A stretch of DNA of 64,000 nt from Bacteroidaceae bacterium (lineage in GTDB: Bacteria > Bacteroidota > Bacteroidia > Bacteroidales > Barnesiellaceae_A), in contig JAFZFQ010000018.1 of assembly GCA_017555825.1 (NCBI GenBank), positions 8,359-72,358 of the forward strand. The letters run 5' to 3'. Of the stretch, positions 19,257 through 29,277 are shown one piece after another. The notes beneath the pieces were generated by a model, which worked only from the letters and a program-made list of their open reading frames with translations, made no database searches and was not told the origin of the DNA. The translations under genes were made by a program, and so were the position numbers. The stretch's first letter is position 1; each line of letters starts with the position of its first letter.

Positions 19257-21017
19257 ATGTACAGGACTAAAACTTGTGGCGAATTGCGCTTGAGTGACGT
19301 TGGATCTTCTGTTACCCTGTGTGGTTGGGTGCAACGTACTCGCAAAATGGGCGGTATGACCTTTGTCGACTTGCGCGATCGTTATGGTATGACTCAATTG
19401 GTGTTCAACCAAGAGATTAATGCCGAGTTGTGCGAGCAAGCCAATAAACTCGGTCGTGAATATGTAATACAAATCGTAGGTGAGGTTGCCGAGCGTAGCA
19501 ATAAGAACGCTCGTATGGAGACTGGCGAGATCGAAATCATCGTTAGCGAGCTCAACATCCTCAACGCATCTGTTACACCTCCTTTCACTATCGAAGACGA
19601 TACTGATGGTGGCGACGACCTCCGCATGCAGTATCGTTATCTCGACCTCCGTCGCAATGCCGTGCGTCGCAACCTTGAGTTGCGTCATAAGATGGCCTTC
19701 GAGGTGCGCCGTTATCTCGATGCTCAAAACTTCTTGGAGGTGGAGACTCCTGTACTCATCAAGTCTACTCCCGAGGGCGCTCGCGACTTCGTCGTTCCTT
19801 CGCGCATGAATCCCGGCGAGTTCTACGCTCTTCCTCAATCACCCCAGACACTCAAGCAATTGCTCATGGTGTCGGGCTTCGACCGCTACTTCCAGATTGT
19901 GAAGTGCTTCCGCGATGAGGACCTCCGTGCCGACCGTCAGCCCGAGTTTACTCAGATCGACTGTGAAATGTCGTTTGTTGAGCAAGAAGATGTTCTTAAC
20001 ATCTTTGAGGGTATGGCCAAGCACCTCTTCAAGTATATCAAAGATATTGACTTTACCGAGCCCTTCCCCCGCATGCCCTGGGCCGATGCAATGAAATACT
20101 ACGGTAGCGACAAGCCCGATACTCGCTTTGAAATGAAGTTTGTCGAGCTCAAAGACCTTACTGAGGGTCGCGACTTTGTCGTATTCGACAGCGTTCCTTA
20201 TGTAGGTGGTATCTGCTGTAAAGGCTGTGCCGGTTACACTCGCAAGCAAATCGACGAGTTGACCGACTTTGTAAAACGTCCTCAAATCGGTGCCAAAGGT
20301 CTCGTATGGGTACGTTACGATGAGGCTGGTACATTCAAGTCTTCTGTCGACAAATTCTATTCAGCCGACGACCTTCGTGCTTGGGCCGAGCGTTTCGGTG
20401 CTCAACCCGGCGATCTCATGCTCATCCTTGCCGGCGATACTATGAAGACTCGCAAGGCTCTCTGTGAGTTGCGTCTCGAGATGGGTAGCCGCCTTGGCTT
20501 GCGCGACAAGAATGTATACGCTCCCCTTTGGGTGGTTGACTTCCCCTTGTTTGAGTGGGACGATGAGACTCAACGTTTCTATGCAATGCACCACCCCTTC
20601 ACATCGCCCAAGCCCGAGGATATTCACTTGCTCGAAAGCGATCCCGGTGCTGTGCGTGCCAACGCATACGACATGGTGGTAAATGGTGTTGAGCTCGGTG
20701 GCGGTTCTATCCGTATACACGACAGCAAGTTGCAAGATACAATGTTCAAGTTGCTCGGCTTTACTCCCGAGCAAGCACAAGCTCAGTTTGGCTTCCTCAT
20801 GAATGCCTTCAAGTATGGTGCTCCTCCTCACGGTGGCTTGGCATTTGGTCTCGACCGCTTTGTCTCAATCTTTGCCGGTCTCGACTCTATCCGCGACTGT
20901 ATTGCATTCCCCAAGAACAACTCTGGTCGCGATGTTATGATGGATGCTCCCTCTACAATTGCTCAAGAGCAACTCGACGAGTTGTGCATCGATATTCACT
21001 TGCCCGAAGAGAAATAA
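19257..21017 (+). CDS. aspS: aspartate--tRNA ligase
   Basis: 586 aa. It has the OB anticodon-binding N-terminus ([26 protein letters not shown]), class II motifs ([18 protein letters not shown]; GGGSIRIH) and the GAD insertion. Confidence 0.97.
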   Translation: MYRTKTCGELRLSDVGSSVTLCGWVQRTRKMGGMTFVDLRDRYGMTQLVFNQEINAELCEQANKLGREYVIQIVGEVAERSNKNARMETGEIEIIVSELNILNASVTPPFTIEDDTDGGDDLRMQYRYLDLRRNAVRRNLELRHKMAFEVRRYLDAQNFLEVETPVLIKSTPEGARDFVVPSRMNPGEFYALPQSPQTLKQLLMVSGFDRYFQIVKCFRDEDLRADRQPEFTQIDCEMSFVEQEDVLNIFEGMAKHLFKYIKDIDFTEPFPRMPWADAMKYYGSDKPDTRFEMKFVELKDLTEGRDFVVFDSVPYVGGICCKGCAGYTRKQIDELTDFVKRPQIGAKGLVWVRYDEAGTFKSSVDKFYSADDLRAWAERFGAQPGDLMLILAGDTMKTRKALCELRLEMGSRLGLRDKNVYAPLWVVDFPLFEWDDETQRFYAMHHPFTSPKPEDIHLLESDPGAVRANAYDMVVNGVELGGGSIRIHDSKLQDTMFKLLGFTPEQAQAQFGFLMNAFKYGAPPHGGLAFGLDRFVSIFAGLDSIRDCIAFPKNNSGRDVMMDAPSTIAQEQLDELCIDIHLPEEK

Positions 21018-21030
21018 TACAACCTCTATA

Positions 21031-22122
21031 ATGCCTACAATTCGCCAAATAATAGCACTTATCGAGGAATTTGCTCCCTTGCAATTGCAAGAAAGCTACG
21101 ACAATGCCGGCTTGCAGGTAGGCGATGCTTCGCTACCTGCCACCGCTGCGTTGTTGTGTGTCGATGTTACTGAGGCTGTTGTCGATGAGGCTATAGAATT
21201 GGGCGCCAATCTCATTATTGCACACCATCCGTTGCTCTTCCGTCCGCTCAAGCGCATTGTTGGTAGCAACTACATCGAGCGTGTGGTAATGAAAGCCTTG
21301 CGACACGATATAGCCATCTATGCGGCACACACCAATCTCGATGCCGTGGCTGTAAATCATGTGTGGGCTCAAAAGTTGGGACTCGCCAACGTCGAGGTAT
21401 TACAGCCTATAGCCAATATGCTCTATAAGCTCGTTACCTATGTACCCGTGGCGCAAGCTCAAGAAGTCAAGTCGGCTCTCTTTGCTGCCGGAGCAGGAAC
21501 AATAGGAGCCTACGACTGTTGTAGCTTTACAAGCAACGGAGAAGGTTCCTTCCGTGCCGGAGAGGGTACATCGCCCTATTGTGGCGAGCAAGGTGTGCTT
21601 CATCATGAGCCCGAGAGTAGGGTAGAAGTGATACTGCCGGCCTATCTCAAGGGTCGTGTGGTGCGAGCCCTCCTTGCTGCTCATCCCTACGAAGAGCCGG
21701 CCTACGACCTCATACCCATAGCCAACGAATATACCCGTGCCGGTATAGGTGTTGTAGGCGACCTGTCACAGCCTATGGGTGTGTACGATCTGTTGCAACG
21801 CATCAAGGAGCAAACAGGTTGTGCCATGTTGCGTCACACAGCAACGGCCGATAAAGAGGTGAAACGTGTAGCACTGTGTGGAGGAGCCGGAAGCTCGCTC
21901 ATAGGCAATGCCCTTGCTGCCAAGGCCGATGTTTTCATTACCGGCGAGATAGGCTATCATCAGTTTTTTGGTTACGAAAATAGTATGATTTTGGCCGAAG
22001 TAGGGCATTATGAGAGTGAACAACACACAAAAGATATTTTTTGTGAGGTAATTACAAAAAAAATTCCTAACTTTGCCACCTACTACACAAAGGTAGAAAC
22101 AAATCCGATAAAATATCTGTAA
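21031..22122 (+). CDS. Nif3-like dinuclear metal center protein (GTP cyclohydrolase 1 type 2 homologue)
   Basis: MPTIRQIIALIEEFAPLQLQESYDNAGLQVGD.., IIAHHPLLF and HTNLD are NIF3 signatures. ATG 21031 lies 13 nt after the aspS stop. Confidence 0.85.
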   Translation: MPTIRQIIALIEEFAPLQLQESYDNAGLQVGDASLPATAALLCVDVTEAVVDEAIELGANLIIAHHPLLFRPLKRIVGSNYIERVVMKALRHDIAIYAAHTNLDAVAVNHVWAQKLGLANVEVLQPIANMLYKLVTYVPVAQAQEVKSALFAAGAGTIGAYDCCSFTSNGEGSFRAGEGTSPYCGEQGVLHHEPESRVEVILPAYLKGRVVRALLAAHPYEEPAYDLIPIANEYTRAGIGVVGDLSQPMGVYDLLQRIKEQTGCAMLRHTATADKEVKRVALCGGAGSSLIGNALAAKADVFITGEIGYHQFFGYENSMILAEVGHYESEQHTKDIFCEVITKKIPNFATYYTKVETNPIKYL

Positions 22123-22125
22123 GCG

Positions 22126-22884
22126 ATGTCAGAAAAGACTAAAGAAAAAGAGTACACCGTAGAGGAAAAACTCAAATCTCTCTACGAATTGCAAACATTA
22201 CATTCGGAAATCGACCGCATCAAAACCCTTCGTGGTGAGTTGCCCCTTGAGGTGAAAGACCTCGAAGACGAAGTTGCCGGTTTGGAAACCCGTATAGAGA
22301 AGTTTCAAGAGACTATCAGCGCTTGTCGCAAAGATATCAACTCTTACAACGAAGAGATACAAGTTGCACGCAACAAAATCGAGCGCTATAAATCGCAACT
22401 CGACGATATTCGCAACAACCACGAGTTTGACAAACTCAACAAGGAGATTGAGTTCCAAGACCTCTCTATTCAAGCTCTCGAAAAGAAAATTCGCGAAGCA
22501 AACAATGTAATCAACCGTCGCAACGACGAGTTGAACCAATGTCGCGAAAACCTCGACGACCGTCAAAAAATGTTGGTTGAGAAGAAAGCCGAGCTCAACG
22601 ACATCGTGGCCGAGACAAAGCAAGAAGAAGAGAAACTTCGTGAGACTGTGAAAAATCTTGAAGCTGTTATCGACCCCCGTCTATTGCAAGCCTTCAAGCG
22701 CATCCGCAAGAATGCTCGCAACGGTTTGGCTGTTGTTTGCATCCAACGTGGTGCTTGTGGTGGTTGCTTCAACCGCATCCCGCCCCAACGTCAGCTCGAC
22801 ATCAAGATGCAAAAGAAAATTATCGTATGTGAATACTGCGGTCGCATCATGGTTGATCCTCAACTTGCTGGTGCAGAGGCATAA
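22126..22884 (+). CDS. coiled-coil / C4 zinc-ribbon protein (COG1579-type, usual Nif3 partner)
   Basis: 252 aa. A long coiled coil is followed by C-terminal CGGCFNRIPPQ..CEYCGRI. Confidence 0.8.
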   Translation: MSEKTKEKEYTVEEKLKSLYELQTLHSEIDRIKTLRGELPLEVKDLEDEVAGLETRIEKFQETISACRKDINSYNEEIQVARNKIERYKSQLDDIRNNHEFDKLNKEIEFQDLSIQALEKKIREANNVINRRNDELNQCRENLDDRQKMLVEKKAELNDIVAETKQEEEKLRETVKNLEAVIDPRLLQAFKRIRKNARNGLAVVCIQRGACGGCFNRIPPQRQLDIKMQKKIIVCEYCGRIMVDPQLAGAEA

Positions 22885-22907
22885 CAACCTCTCTCGTTAT
22901 AAAGTAC

Positions 22908-22955
22908 AAAGCTACTCGGGCTACATGTTGTGCCTTGAGTAGCTTTTTCTTTTTC
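22908..22955 (+). terminator. rho-independent terminator
   Basis: AAAGCTACTC (22908-22917) / GAGTAGCTTT (22937-22946), followed by a T-rich tract. Confidence 0.55.
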
Positions 22956-23051
22956 CCTCTCTTTACTTCTATTTCTGTATTTTTTTGCGTTTTTTTATTA
23001 AAACAAGCAAAAAAGTAACTCGCTATCACACTTTAATAAAGATTATTTTAG

Positions 23052-23059
23052 TAGCTTTG
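23052..23059 (+). promoter_or_regulatory. candidate Bacteroidetes -7 box (TAnnTTTG)
   Basis: TAGCTTTG, 134 nt upstream of the UpxY ORF. A long leader is usual for UpxY-regulated operons. Confidence 0.4.
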
Positions 23060-23192
23060 TAGGGTGTAGAATCTATTTTGTATAGAAGGCAATATTCGTC
23101 TCCGATATATGTGCATAACATCACTATCAATACAGGCATGTCAATGACCTATGTACAGAATATATTCGACCAATGTATTGTGAAATAGTATA

Positions 23193-23768
23193 TTGAAAGA
23201 GATAGTGGAAAGCATCCTCGATACCGACTTGCCCGTGTGGTTTGCAATGAGCGCACCTTACCGCAACGAGTTCAAGGCACAACGCCTTCTCGATGAGAAA
23301 GGTGTCGAAAACTTTTTGCCTCTCTGCACCAAGATTTTTACCGACAAAGACGGTAAGAAAGTGCGCAAGACTGTACCGGTTGTCACCAATCTCTTGTTTG
23401 CCTATACTACTCGCGATAATATACAACAAATAAAGTCACGTGCACCCTTTTTGCAGTATCGCACCCGTCGCGAGAATGGTCGCAATATACCCATCATCGT
23501 CCCCGACGATCAAATGCGACAATTTATGGCCGTGTGCAAGACCAATAGCGACAAACTCATATACTTGCAACCCGACGAAATAAATCTCGCTAAAGGTACT
23601 CCCGTCAGAGTCATTGGTGGTATGTTTGATGGCGTAGTGGGTACATTTATCAAAGTCAAGGGTGCAAGAGCCAAGAGGGTAGTGGTGCAGATAGATGGCA
23701 TCGCTGTTGCCACAGCCGAGATCGAACCTCAATATATAGAGATTATAGACACGCAAAAGAATAAATAA
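23193..23768 (+). CDS. UpxY family transcription antiterminator (NusG-like)
   Basis: [29 protein letters not shown] matches the UpxY/NusG NGN start. There is a C-terminal KOW-like [18 protein letters not shown]. No ATG precedes the NGN domain, so the start must be TTG 23193 or GTG 23205. Confidence 0.75.
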   Translation: MKEIVESILDTDLPVWFAMSAPYRNEFKAQRLLDEKGVENFLPLCTKIFTDKDGKKVRKTVPVVTNLLFAYTTRDNIQQIKSRAPFLQYRTRRENGRNIPIIVPDDQMRQFMAVCKTNSDKLIYLQPDEINLAKGTPVRVIGGMFDGVVGTFIKVKGARAKRVVVQIDGIAVATAEIEPQYIEIIDTQKNK

Positions 23769-23782
23769 AAATATATAGCCTT

Positions 23783-25099
23783 ATGAAAATAGCAGTTGCC
23801 GGAACAGGATATGTGGGTCTTTCCATTGCCACATTACTTGCACAACACAATGAAGTTGTTGCAGTTGATATTGTACCCGAAAAGGTAGAACTCATCAACA
23901 ACCGAAAGTCGCCCATTCAAGACGATTACATCGAGCAATATCTTGCCGAAAAACCTCTCAATCTTCGTGCTACGCTTAATGCCGAGGAGGCCTATCGCGA
24001 TGCCGATTTTGTCGTCATTGCAGCTCCTACCAACTATGATAGCCAAAAAAACTTCTTCGACACTTCGGCTGTAGAGAAGGTTATCGACTTGGTACTCTCT
24101 ATCAACCCCGACGCTGTTATGGTCATCAAAAGTACCATTCCCGTAGGTTATTGCCGTTCGCTCTATGTCAAGTATGCCTTGCGCTTCATGGCCGATGAAC
24201 GCCTGAAAAACAAGAAGTTCAATCTTCTTTTCTCGCCCGAGTTCTTGCGCGAGAGCAAGGCTCTGTACGACAACCTCTATCCAAGTCGCATCATTGTTGG
24301 TGTACCCAAGCTCATTGCCAACTACGATGAGGAGAACCTTGCTATATCAGCAATCGCCGACATCGAAAAATTGGAAAAAGCAGCACAAACATTTGCCGCT
24401 CTTTTGCAACAAGGCGCTATCAAAGAGGACGTCGATGTGCTCTTTATGGGCTTGAAAGAGGCCGAGGCCGTAAAACTCTTTGCCAATACCTACCTCGCAT
24501 TGCGTGTGAGCTACTTCAATGAGTTGGATACATATGCCGAGCTCAAAGGTCTCGATACACAAGCTATCATTACTGGTATTGGTCTCGATCCCCGCATTGG
24601 TAGCCATTATAACAACCCCTCATTCGGATACGGAGGCTATTGCTTGCCCAAGGATACCAAGCAGTTGTTGGCCAACTACAACGACGTGCCCCAAAACATG
24701 ATGACTGCAATTGTCGAGAGTAACCGCACTCGTAAAGACTTCATTGCCGATCAAGTCTTGGCCAAAGCCGGCTATTATACCGCTTCAAGTGCCTGGAACC
24801 TCAATCAAGAGCAGGAAGTGGTAGTGGGTGTATATCGCCTCACCATGAAGTCCAACTCCGACAACTTCCGTCAGAGTGCTATACAAGGCGTCATGAAGCG
24901 CATCAAGGCCAAGGGTGCCAAAGTCATCATCTATGAGCCCACTTTGGACAATGGAGTAATGTTCTTTGGTAGCGAGGTCGTTAATGATTTCAATGAGTTC
25001 AAGCGTCGCTCTCAAGCTATCATTGCCAATCGCTATGACGACTCGCTCGACGATGTCATCGACAAAGTATACACCCGCGATATTTTCAAGCGCGACTAA
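23783..25099 (+). CDS. ugd: UDP-glucose 6-dehydrogenase (nucleotide sugar dehydrogenase)
   Basis: 438 aa. Rossmann start [14 protein letters not shown] and catalytic region [10 protein letters not shown]. Confidence 0.9.
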   Translation: MKIAVAGTGYVGLSIATLLAQHNEVVAVDIVPEKVELINNRKSPIQDDYIEQYLAEKPLNLRATLNAEEAYRDADFVVIAAPTNYDSQKNFFDTSAVEKVIDLVLSINPDAVMVIKSTIPVGYCRSLYVKYALRFMADERLKNKKFNLLFSPEFLRESKALYDNLYPSRIIVGVPKLIANYDEENLAISAIADIEKLEKAAQTFAALLQQGAIKEDVDVLFMGLKEAEAVKLFANTYLALRVSYFNELDTYAELKGLDTQAIITGIGLDPRIGSHYNNPSFGYGGYCLPKDTKQLLANYNDVPQNMMTAIVESNRTRKDFIADQVLAKAGYYTASSAWNLNQEQEVVVGVYRLTMKSNSDNFRQSAIQGVMKRIKAKGAKVIIYEPTLDNGVMFFGSEVVNDFNEFKRRSQAIIANRYDDSLDDVIDKVYTRDIFKRD

Positions 25100-25152
25100 G
25101 CTACACATATATTATTAGATAGTAATCACCCCTTGTTATATCACACATTACT

Positions 25153-26211
25153 ATGAAAGTTCTTGTAACAGGAGCTGCCGGTTTTATTGGATCTAATCTT
25201 GTTGAGCGACTTTTTGCTACCGAGCCCGGTATTGAGATTGTCAATCTCGATAGTGTCAACGAATATTACGACGTCTCTATCAAGCAATATCGTTTGCGTC
25301 GTCTTGAGGAGTTGGCTGCACAACACCCCGGGTGTAAATACACATTTGTACAAGGCAATTTGGCCGACCGCGCTCTCATCGATCGTCTCTTTGCCGAGCA
25401 CGATTTCGAGATTGTTGTCAACCTTGCAGCACAAGCCGGTGTGCGATACTCTATTACCAACCCCGATGCCTACATCGAGAGCAATATTATAGGTTTTTAT
25501 AATATTCTTGAGGCTTGCCGACACAGCTACGACAACAATCGTCGCGGTGTGCAACACCTTGTTTATGCCTCGTCGAGCTCGGTATATGGTAGTAACAAGA
25601 AAGTTCCCTACAGCACCGACGATAAGGTAGACAACCCCGTAAGCCTCTATGCTGCAACAAAAAAGAGCAATGAGCTACTCGCTCATGCCTACAGCAAGCT
25701 ATACAATATACCCTCTACCGGATTGCGATTTTTTACCGTATATGGCCCTGCTGGCCGACCCGATATGGCATACTTTGGTTTTACCAACAAGTTGCGCAAG
25801 GGCGAGACTATCGAGATATTTAATTATGGCAACTGCAAGCGTGACTTTACATATATCGACGATATTGTCGAGGGTGTACAACGCGTGATGCATCATGCTC
25901 CCGAGCGTAAGCATGGAGAAGACGGCCTGCCCGAGCCTCCCTATGCTGTATATAATATAGGTAATAGCGACCCTGAGAATCTTCTCGACTTTGTAACAAT
26001 TCTTCAAGAAGAGCTCCTTGCTGCTGGTGTCCTACCGGCCGATTACGACTTCGAGGCTCACAAGCGTTTGGTGCCTATGCAGCCGGGCGATGTCCCTACA
26101 ACCTATGCCGATACTACTGCTCTTGAGCGCGATTTGGGTTTCAAGCCCCATACGCCTCTTCGCGATGGCCTACGTGCTTTTGCCCGCTGGTATAAGGAGT
26201 TTTACGGTTAA
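25153..26211 (+). CDS. NAD-dependent epimerase (UDP-glucuronate 4-epimerase-like SDR)
   Basis: MKVLVTGAAGFIGSNL, the YAATK catalytic motif and YYDVSIKQYRL are typical of UDP-GlcA 4-epimerases. Confidence 0.8.
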   Translation: MKVLVTGAAGFIGSNLVERLFATEPGIEIVNLDSVNEYYDVSIKQYRLRRLEELAAQHPGCKYTFVQGNLADRALIDRLFAEHDFEIVVNLAAQAGVRYSITNPDAYIESNIIGFYNILEACRHSYDNNRRGVQHLVYASSSSVYGSNKKVPYSTDDKVDNPVSLYAATKKSNELLAHAYSKLYNIPSTGLRFFTVYGPAGRPDMAYFGFTNKLRKGETIEIFNYGNCKRDFTYIDDIVEGVQRVMHHAPERKHGEDGLPEPPYAVYNIGNSDPENLLDFVTILQEELLAAGVLPADYDFEAHKRLVPMQPGDVPTTYADTTALERDLGFKPHTPLRDGLRAFARWYKEFYG

Positions 26212-26248
26212 TACTCACACATTACATGACTAACCACTATACAGCAAT

Positions 26249-26803
26249 ATGACACATCAGTATAACGAAGAAATTGTTATAGAAAAACTGCACAACCCCG
26301 ACACTATGCGACAAGCTTTTGGTCAGGTGGTTGAGCATTATGGCGAGAGGTTATACTGGCAAATTCGTAAAATGGTTGTCTCGCACGAAGATGCCGACGA
26401 CCTGTTACAAAATACATTCCTCAAGGCTTGGAGCAATATCGAAATGTTCCGGGCCGAGGCGCGTCTTTCTACTTGGCTCTATCGCATTGCGGTCAACGAG
26501 ACCATTACCTTCCTCAATCGCGAGCGTCAGCGCAACAATATTTCGGTCGACTCCGACGACAGTTTCTTGCTCAACAACATCGAGTCCGACGAGTGGTTCG
26601 ATGGCGACGAGATACAATTGCGATTGCAACAAGCCATCGCCCGTCTACCCGAGAAGCAACGCTTGGTTTTCAACATGCGATACTTCGACGAGATGAAGTA
26701 TGAAGATATTTCCGAGATCCTTGGCACATCGGTCGGAGCCCTCAAGGCTTCCTATCACCATGCTGTTAAAAAAGTTGAAGAATTTTTATTGGCTTGTGAT
26801 TAA
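26249..26803 (+). CDS. RNA polymerase ECF sigma-70 factor
   Basis: Region 2 (DADDLLQNTFLKAW..STWLYRIAVNE) and region 4 (LPEKQRLVFNMRYFDEMKYEDISEILGTSVGALKASYHHAVKK). Confidence 0.9.
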   Translation: MTHQYNEEIVIEKLHNPDTMRQAFGQVVEHYGERLYWQIRKMVVSHEDADDLLQNTFLKAWSNIEMFRAEARLSTWLYRIAVNETITFLNRERQRNNISVDSDDSFLLNNIESDEWFDGDEIQLRLQQAIARLPEKQRLVFNMRYFDEMKYEDISEILGTSVGALKASYHHAVKKVEEFLLACD

Positions 26804-26851
26804 ACCTTTGCCTATATCTTCAGTCATAACAATGCAAAAACTATCTACGCG

Positions 26852-27199
26852 ATGAAAAAGAAAGAAGACATACTTCAGCAAATAGGCGGCAAGACCGGTT
26901 ATAAAGTACCCGAAGGCTACTTCGAGAACTTCACCGCGCGTATGACCGAGCAGTTGCCCGAGCGCCAGTTGCCCAAGCCCGAGATCGTTACTACATGGCA
27001 AAAGTTGCGTCCCTACATTTATCTCGCTGCCATGTTTGCCGGTATATGGCTCATGTTGCAAGTCTTTGTTGCCCCCATTGTCGAGGCCGACAAGGCCATG
27101 ACAGCCTCTGTCGAGAACGACGAAGACCTCGAAGAGTACATGCTATACTCAATGGACAATTATACCGTGTTTGAAACCTTTTATGCCGATGCTGAATAA
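26852..27199 (+). CDS. small single-pass membrane protein, putative anti-sigma factor
   Basis: 115 aa with one TM (PYIYLAAMFAGIWLMLQVFVAPI). It lies immediately downstream of the ECF sigma gene. The call rests on position only. Confidence 0.45.
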   Translation: MKKKEDILQQIGGKTGYKVPEGYFENFTARMTEQLPERQLPKPEIVTTWQKLRPYIYLAAMFAGIWLMLQVFVAPIVEADKAMTASVENDEDLEEYMLYSMDNYTVFETFYADAE

Positions 27200-27224
27200 T
27201 CAACCTTAATACGCACCATTATTT

Positions 27225-27713
27225 ATGAAAAAACTACTTCCCATACTCATACTTGCACTCTCTTTCTCTGTGTCATTCAATGCCTTGGCTCAAGACAACA
27301 AGCAAGACCAACAAAATGCTCACAAAGAAAAGTGGGAGAAATTCCGACAAGACAAGCACGACTTCTATGTCAAAACAATGGAGCTCACTCCCGAGCAAGC
27401 CGAGAAATTCATCCCTCTTTATGATGAAATGGAAAGGCTCAAGTTCGAGGCTACTCGCCAAGTCCGTCGTGAGTCTCGTGCTATCATGAATGCCGACAAC
27501 GTTACCGACGAGCAGTACAAAGAGGCTGCCGAGCATGCGGCTGCTCTCAAAGAGCAAGAGCTTAAAATCGAAAACGAATATTATACTCGTTTCTGCGAGA
27601 TTCTCACACCTCGTCAGCAATTCCTCTACCACCGTTGCGAGCCCGAGTTCCAAAAGAAGATGGTACATAAGGGAAAGCCCGGTGGCGATAAGAAGCCCCA
27701 AGAATGCAAGTAG
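27225..27713 (+). CDS. periplasmic Spy/CpxP-like (LTxxQ motif) protein
   Basis: Signal peptide MKKLLPILILALSFSVSFNALAQ. Two LTxxQ motifs (LTPEQAEKF, LTPRQQFLY) and a helical charged composition. Confidence 0.5.
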   Translation: MKKLLPILILALSFSVSFNALAQDNKQDQQNAHKEKWEKFRQDKHDFYVKTMELTPEQAEKFIPLYDEMERLKFEATRQVRRESRAIMNADNVTDEQYKEAAEHAAALKEQELKIENEYYTRFCEILTPRQQFLYHRCEPEFQKKMVHKGKPGGDKKPQECK

Positions 27714-27732
27714 CTTCCTCCATTTATCCTAT

Positions 27733-27783
27733 AAACAGCCGAGGAGCATCACGCAACATGTGATGCTCCTCGGCTGTTTTATT
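27733..27783. terminator. bidirectional rho-independent terminator between convergent genes
   Basis: A long near-perfect stem AAACAGCCGAGGAGCATCAC (27733-27752) / GTGATGCTCCTCGGCTGTTT (27760-27779), with flanking A/T runs. Confidence 0.75.
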
Positions 27784-27797
27784 ATATCTGCTTACTA

Positions 27798-28343
27798 TTA
27801 CTCCTCGGGGCGAACAAAGAAACTAAAGTTTACACTGCCATACACTCGATGCTCGGCAAACCACGGATGATTGCTGAAGTCATTATTGCGCGAATGTTCC
27901 AGCACAAAGAGTCCTCCACGGCGCAGTAGGCAGTTCTCGTCAAGCACGCGCGATGGTATGCTTTCAAGTTGTGGCAAGTCGTAGGGTGGGTCGGCAAAGA
28001 TAAAGTCAAACTCCTCACCACACGAGGCCACAAACTTAAACACATCGCCACGTATAGCTTGCAAGTTGTCATCACCAAGCTGTTGTTGCACCTTGGTTAT
28101 AAAGTTGTATTGTGTGGGATGTTTCTCTACACACACCACACGCTTGCACTCACGCGACAGCAACTCAAAGCTTATTGCACCCGTACCGGCAAACAAGTCG
28201 AGGGCTACAGTCTCTTCAAAGTCTATTTGATTTTCAAGTACATTGAATAAGTTCTCTCTTGCAAAGTCGGTCGTGGGGCGTGCCTTTATGTTGTTGGGCA
28301 CATCAAAGCGTCTACGGCCATATTTTCCTCTTATAATTCGCAT
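27798..28343 (-). CDS. rsmD: 16S rRNA (guanine(966)-N(2))-methyltransferase
   Basis: MRIIRGKYGRRRFDVPNNIKARPTTDFARENLFNVL, LDLFAGTGA and DPPY motifs. Confidence 0.9.
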   Translation of the reverse strand: MRIIRGKYGRRRFDVPNNIKARPTTDFARENLFNVLENQIDFEETVALDLFAGTGAISFELLSRECKRVVCVEKHPTQYNFITKVQQQLGDDNLQAIRGDVFKFVASCGEEFDFIFADPPYDLPQLESIPSRVLDENCLLRRGGLFVLEHSRNNDFSNHPWFAEHRVYGSVNFSFFVRPEE

Positions 28344-29185
28344 AACGATAAAGCTGTTAAATCAAACGAAATTTGCATAGCATCGCTTCCCAGCACATGG
28401 CTGTTCGATGGAAATATTACAGGCACTACCGTGAGAATATAGTTGCGCAACAGTGCCGACAACTCCCGTCGAGTCTCTACATTACCCACAAGTTGCACCT
28501 CATCACGACGTTGGTCCAAGCCCAATTGTCTCCACACATTCAGTATGTGGTAGGCTGCATCGTTACTGTGGTGATAGTCGTAGGTGTTGGCCAGCAACAA
28601 GCCCTCTCTACCATAGCACACCACATCCATGCGACCATTCTGCAAGTGTACATACATTTTGCGGTGATTGCCAAGGCGGCTCTTGCGATAGAAATACTCA
28701 CACAGCGGTGTCAGCGGGTGTAGTAGGGTAGGGTTGTCAAATGTGCGGTTTATAAACGATACTACTCTGTTCGAGGCTCCCGATAGCATTACGGCACCCG
28801 TGTGTGGCATGCGACTCTCTATCACATAGTCATCGGCTGTTGGATAGAGCTTCTTGTAGAAGTGCGCGTTATCGCTCTGCGTGGCTACCTCGTTGGGCAC
28901 AAGTACAAATCGATTCGACGGCAATACCACATACACTCGCCTATAAGGTTGTAGCAGTATCTCATGGCTATACACCGCCTGTTCCACAGCATTGGCATGT
29001 TCATCGCCTGTGGGCAAGGCTATGCGCTCACTCACCAGCGACCCATCTTCGGCCGGGTGGTAGTATACATAGTGTAGCTCACTCTGCGTTATACGCATCA
29101 TTAGCGTGTATTGCGATGTATCTATGCTTGTACCTTTTTCCATACCACAAAGGTATGAAAAGAAAATCGCATTTCGGTTATTCAT
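28331..29185 (-). CDS. DUF3822 family protein
   Basis: 284 aa. It overlaps rsmD by 13 nt, the usual Bacteroidetes DUF3822-rsmD arrangement. The family assignment is from memory of that synteny and the sequence style. MEKGT (29143) is an alternative start. Confidence 0.55.
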   Translation of the reverse strand: MNNRNAIFFSYLCGMEKGTSIDTSQYTLMMRITQSELHYVYYHPAEDGSLVSERIALPTGDEHANAVEQAVYSHEILLQPYRRVYVVLPSNRFVLVPNEVATQSDNAHFYKKLYPTADDYVIESRMPHTGAVMLSGASNRVVSFINRTFDNPTLLHPLTPLCEYFYRKSRLGNHRKMYVHLQNGRMDVVCYGREGLLLANTYDYHHSNDAAYHILNVWRQLGLDQRRDEVQLVGNVETRRELSALLRNYILTVVPVIFPSNSHVLGSDAMQISFDLTALSLCEL

Positions 29186-29220
29186 GCCACATTTTCCCCT
29201 CTTTTATCTTCTACTTTCTC

Positions 29221-29228
29221 CAAAATTA
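29221..29228 (-). promoter_or_regulatory. candidate Bacteroidetes -7 box (TAnnTTTG)
   Basis: Minus-strand TAATTTTG, 36 nt upstream of ATG 29185. Confidence 0.4.
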
Positions 29229-29229
29229 T

Positions 29230-29237
29230 TACCTTTG
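29230..29237 (+). promoter_or_regulatory. candidate Bacteroidetes -7 box (TAnnTTTG)
   Basis: TACCTTTG, 41 nt upstream of ATG 29278. Confidence 0.45.
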
Positions 29238-29277
29238 TATACCTCTCAACAATGCATTTAAATCTTCACTTGCATAT

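Noticed and set aside
22960-23192. An invertible (phase-variable) promoter upstream of the UpxY gene.
   Set aside because: The only inverted repeat is a low-complexity 8-bp one (TTTTTTGC/GCAAAAAA). There are no long inverted repeats of the kind expected at an invertible promoter, and no nearby recombinase gene.
28804-29277. The 158-codon N-terminal extension of the helicase ORF (track start 28804).
   Set aside because: It runs antisense through the DUF3822 gene and its translation looks random. A TACCTTTG box at 29230-37 and the conserved helicase N-terminus support ATG 29278.
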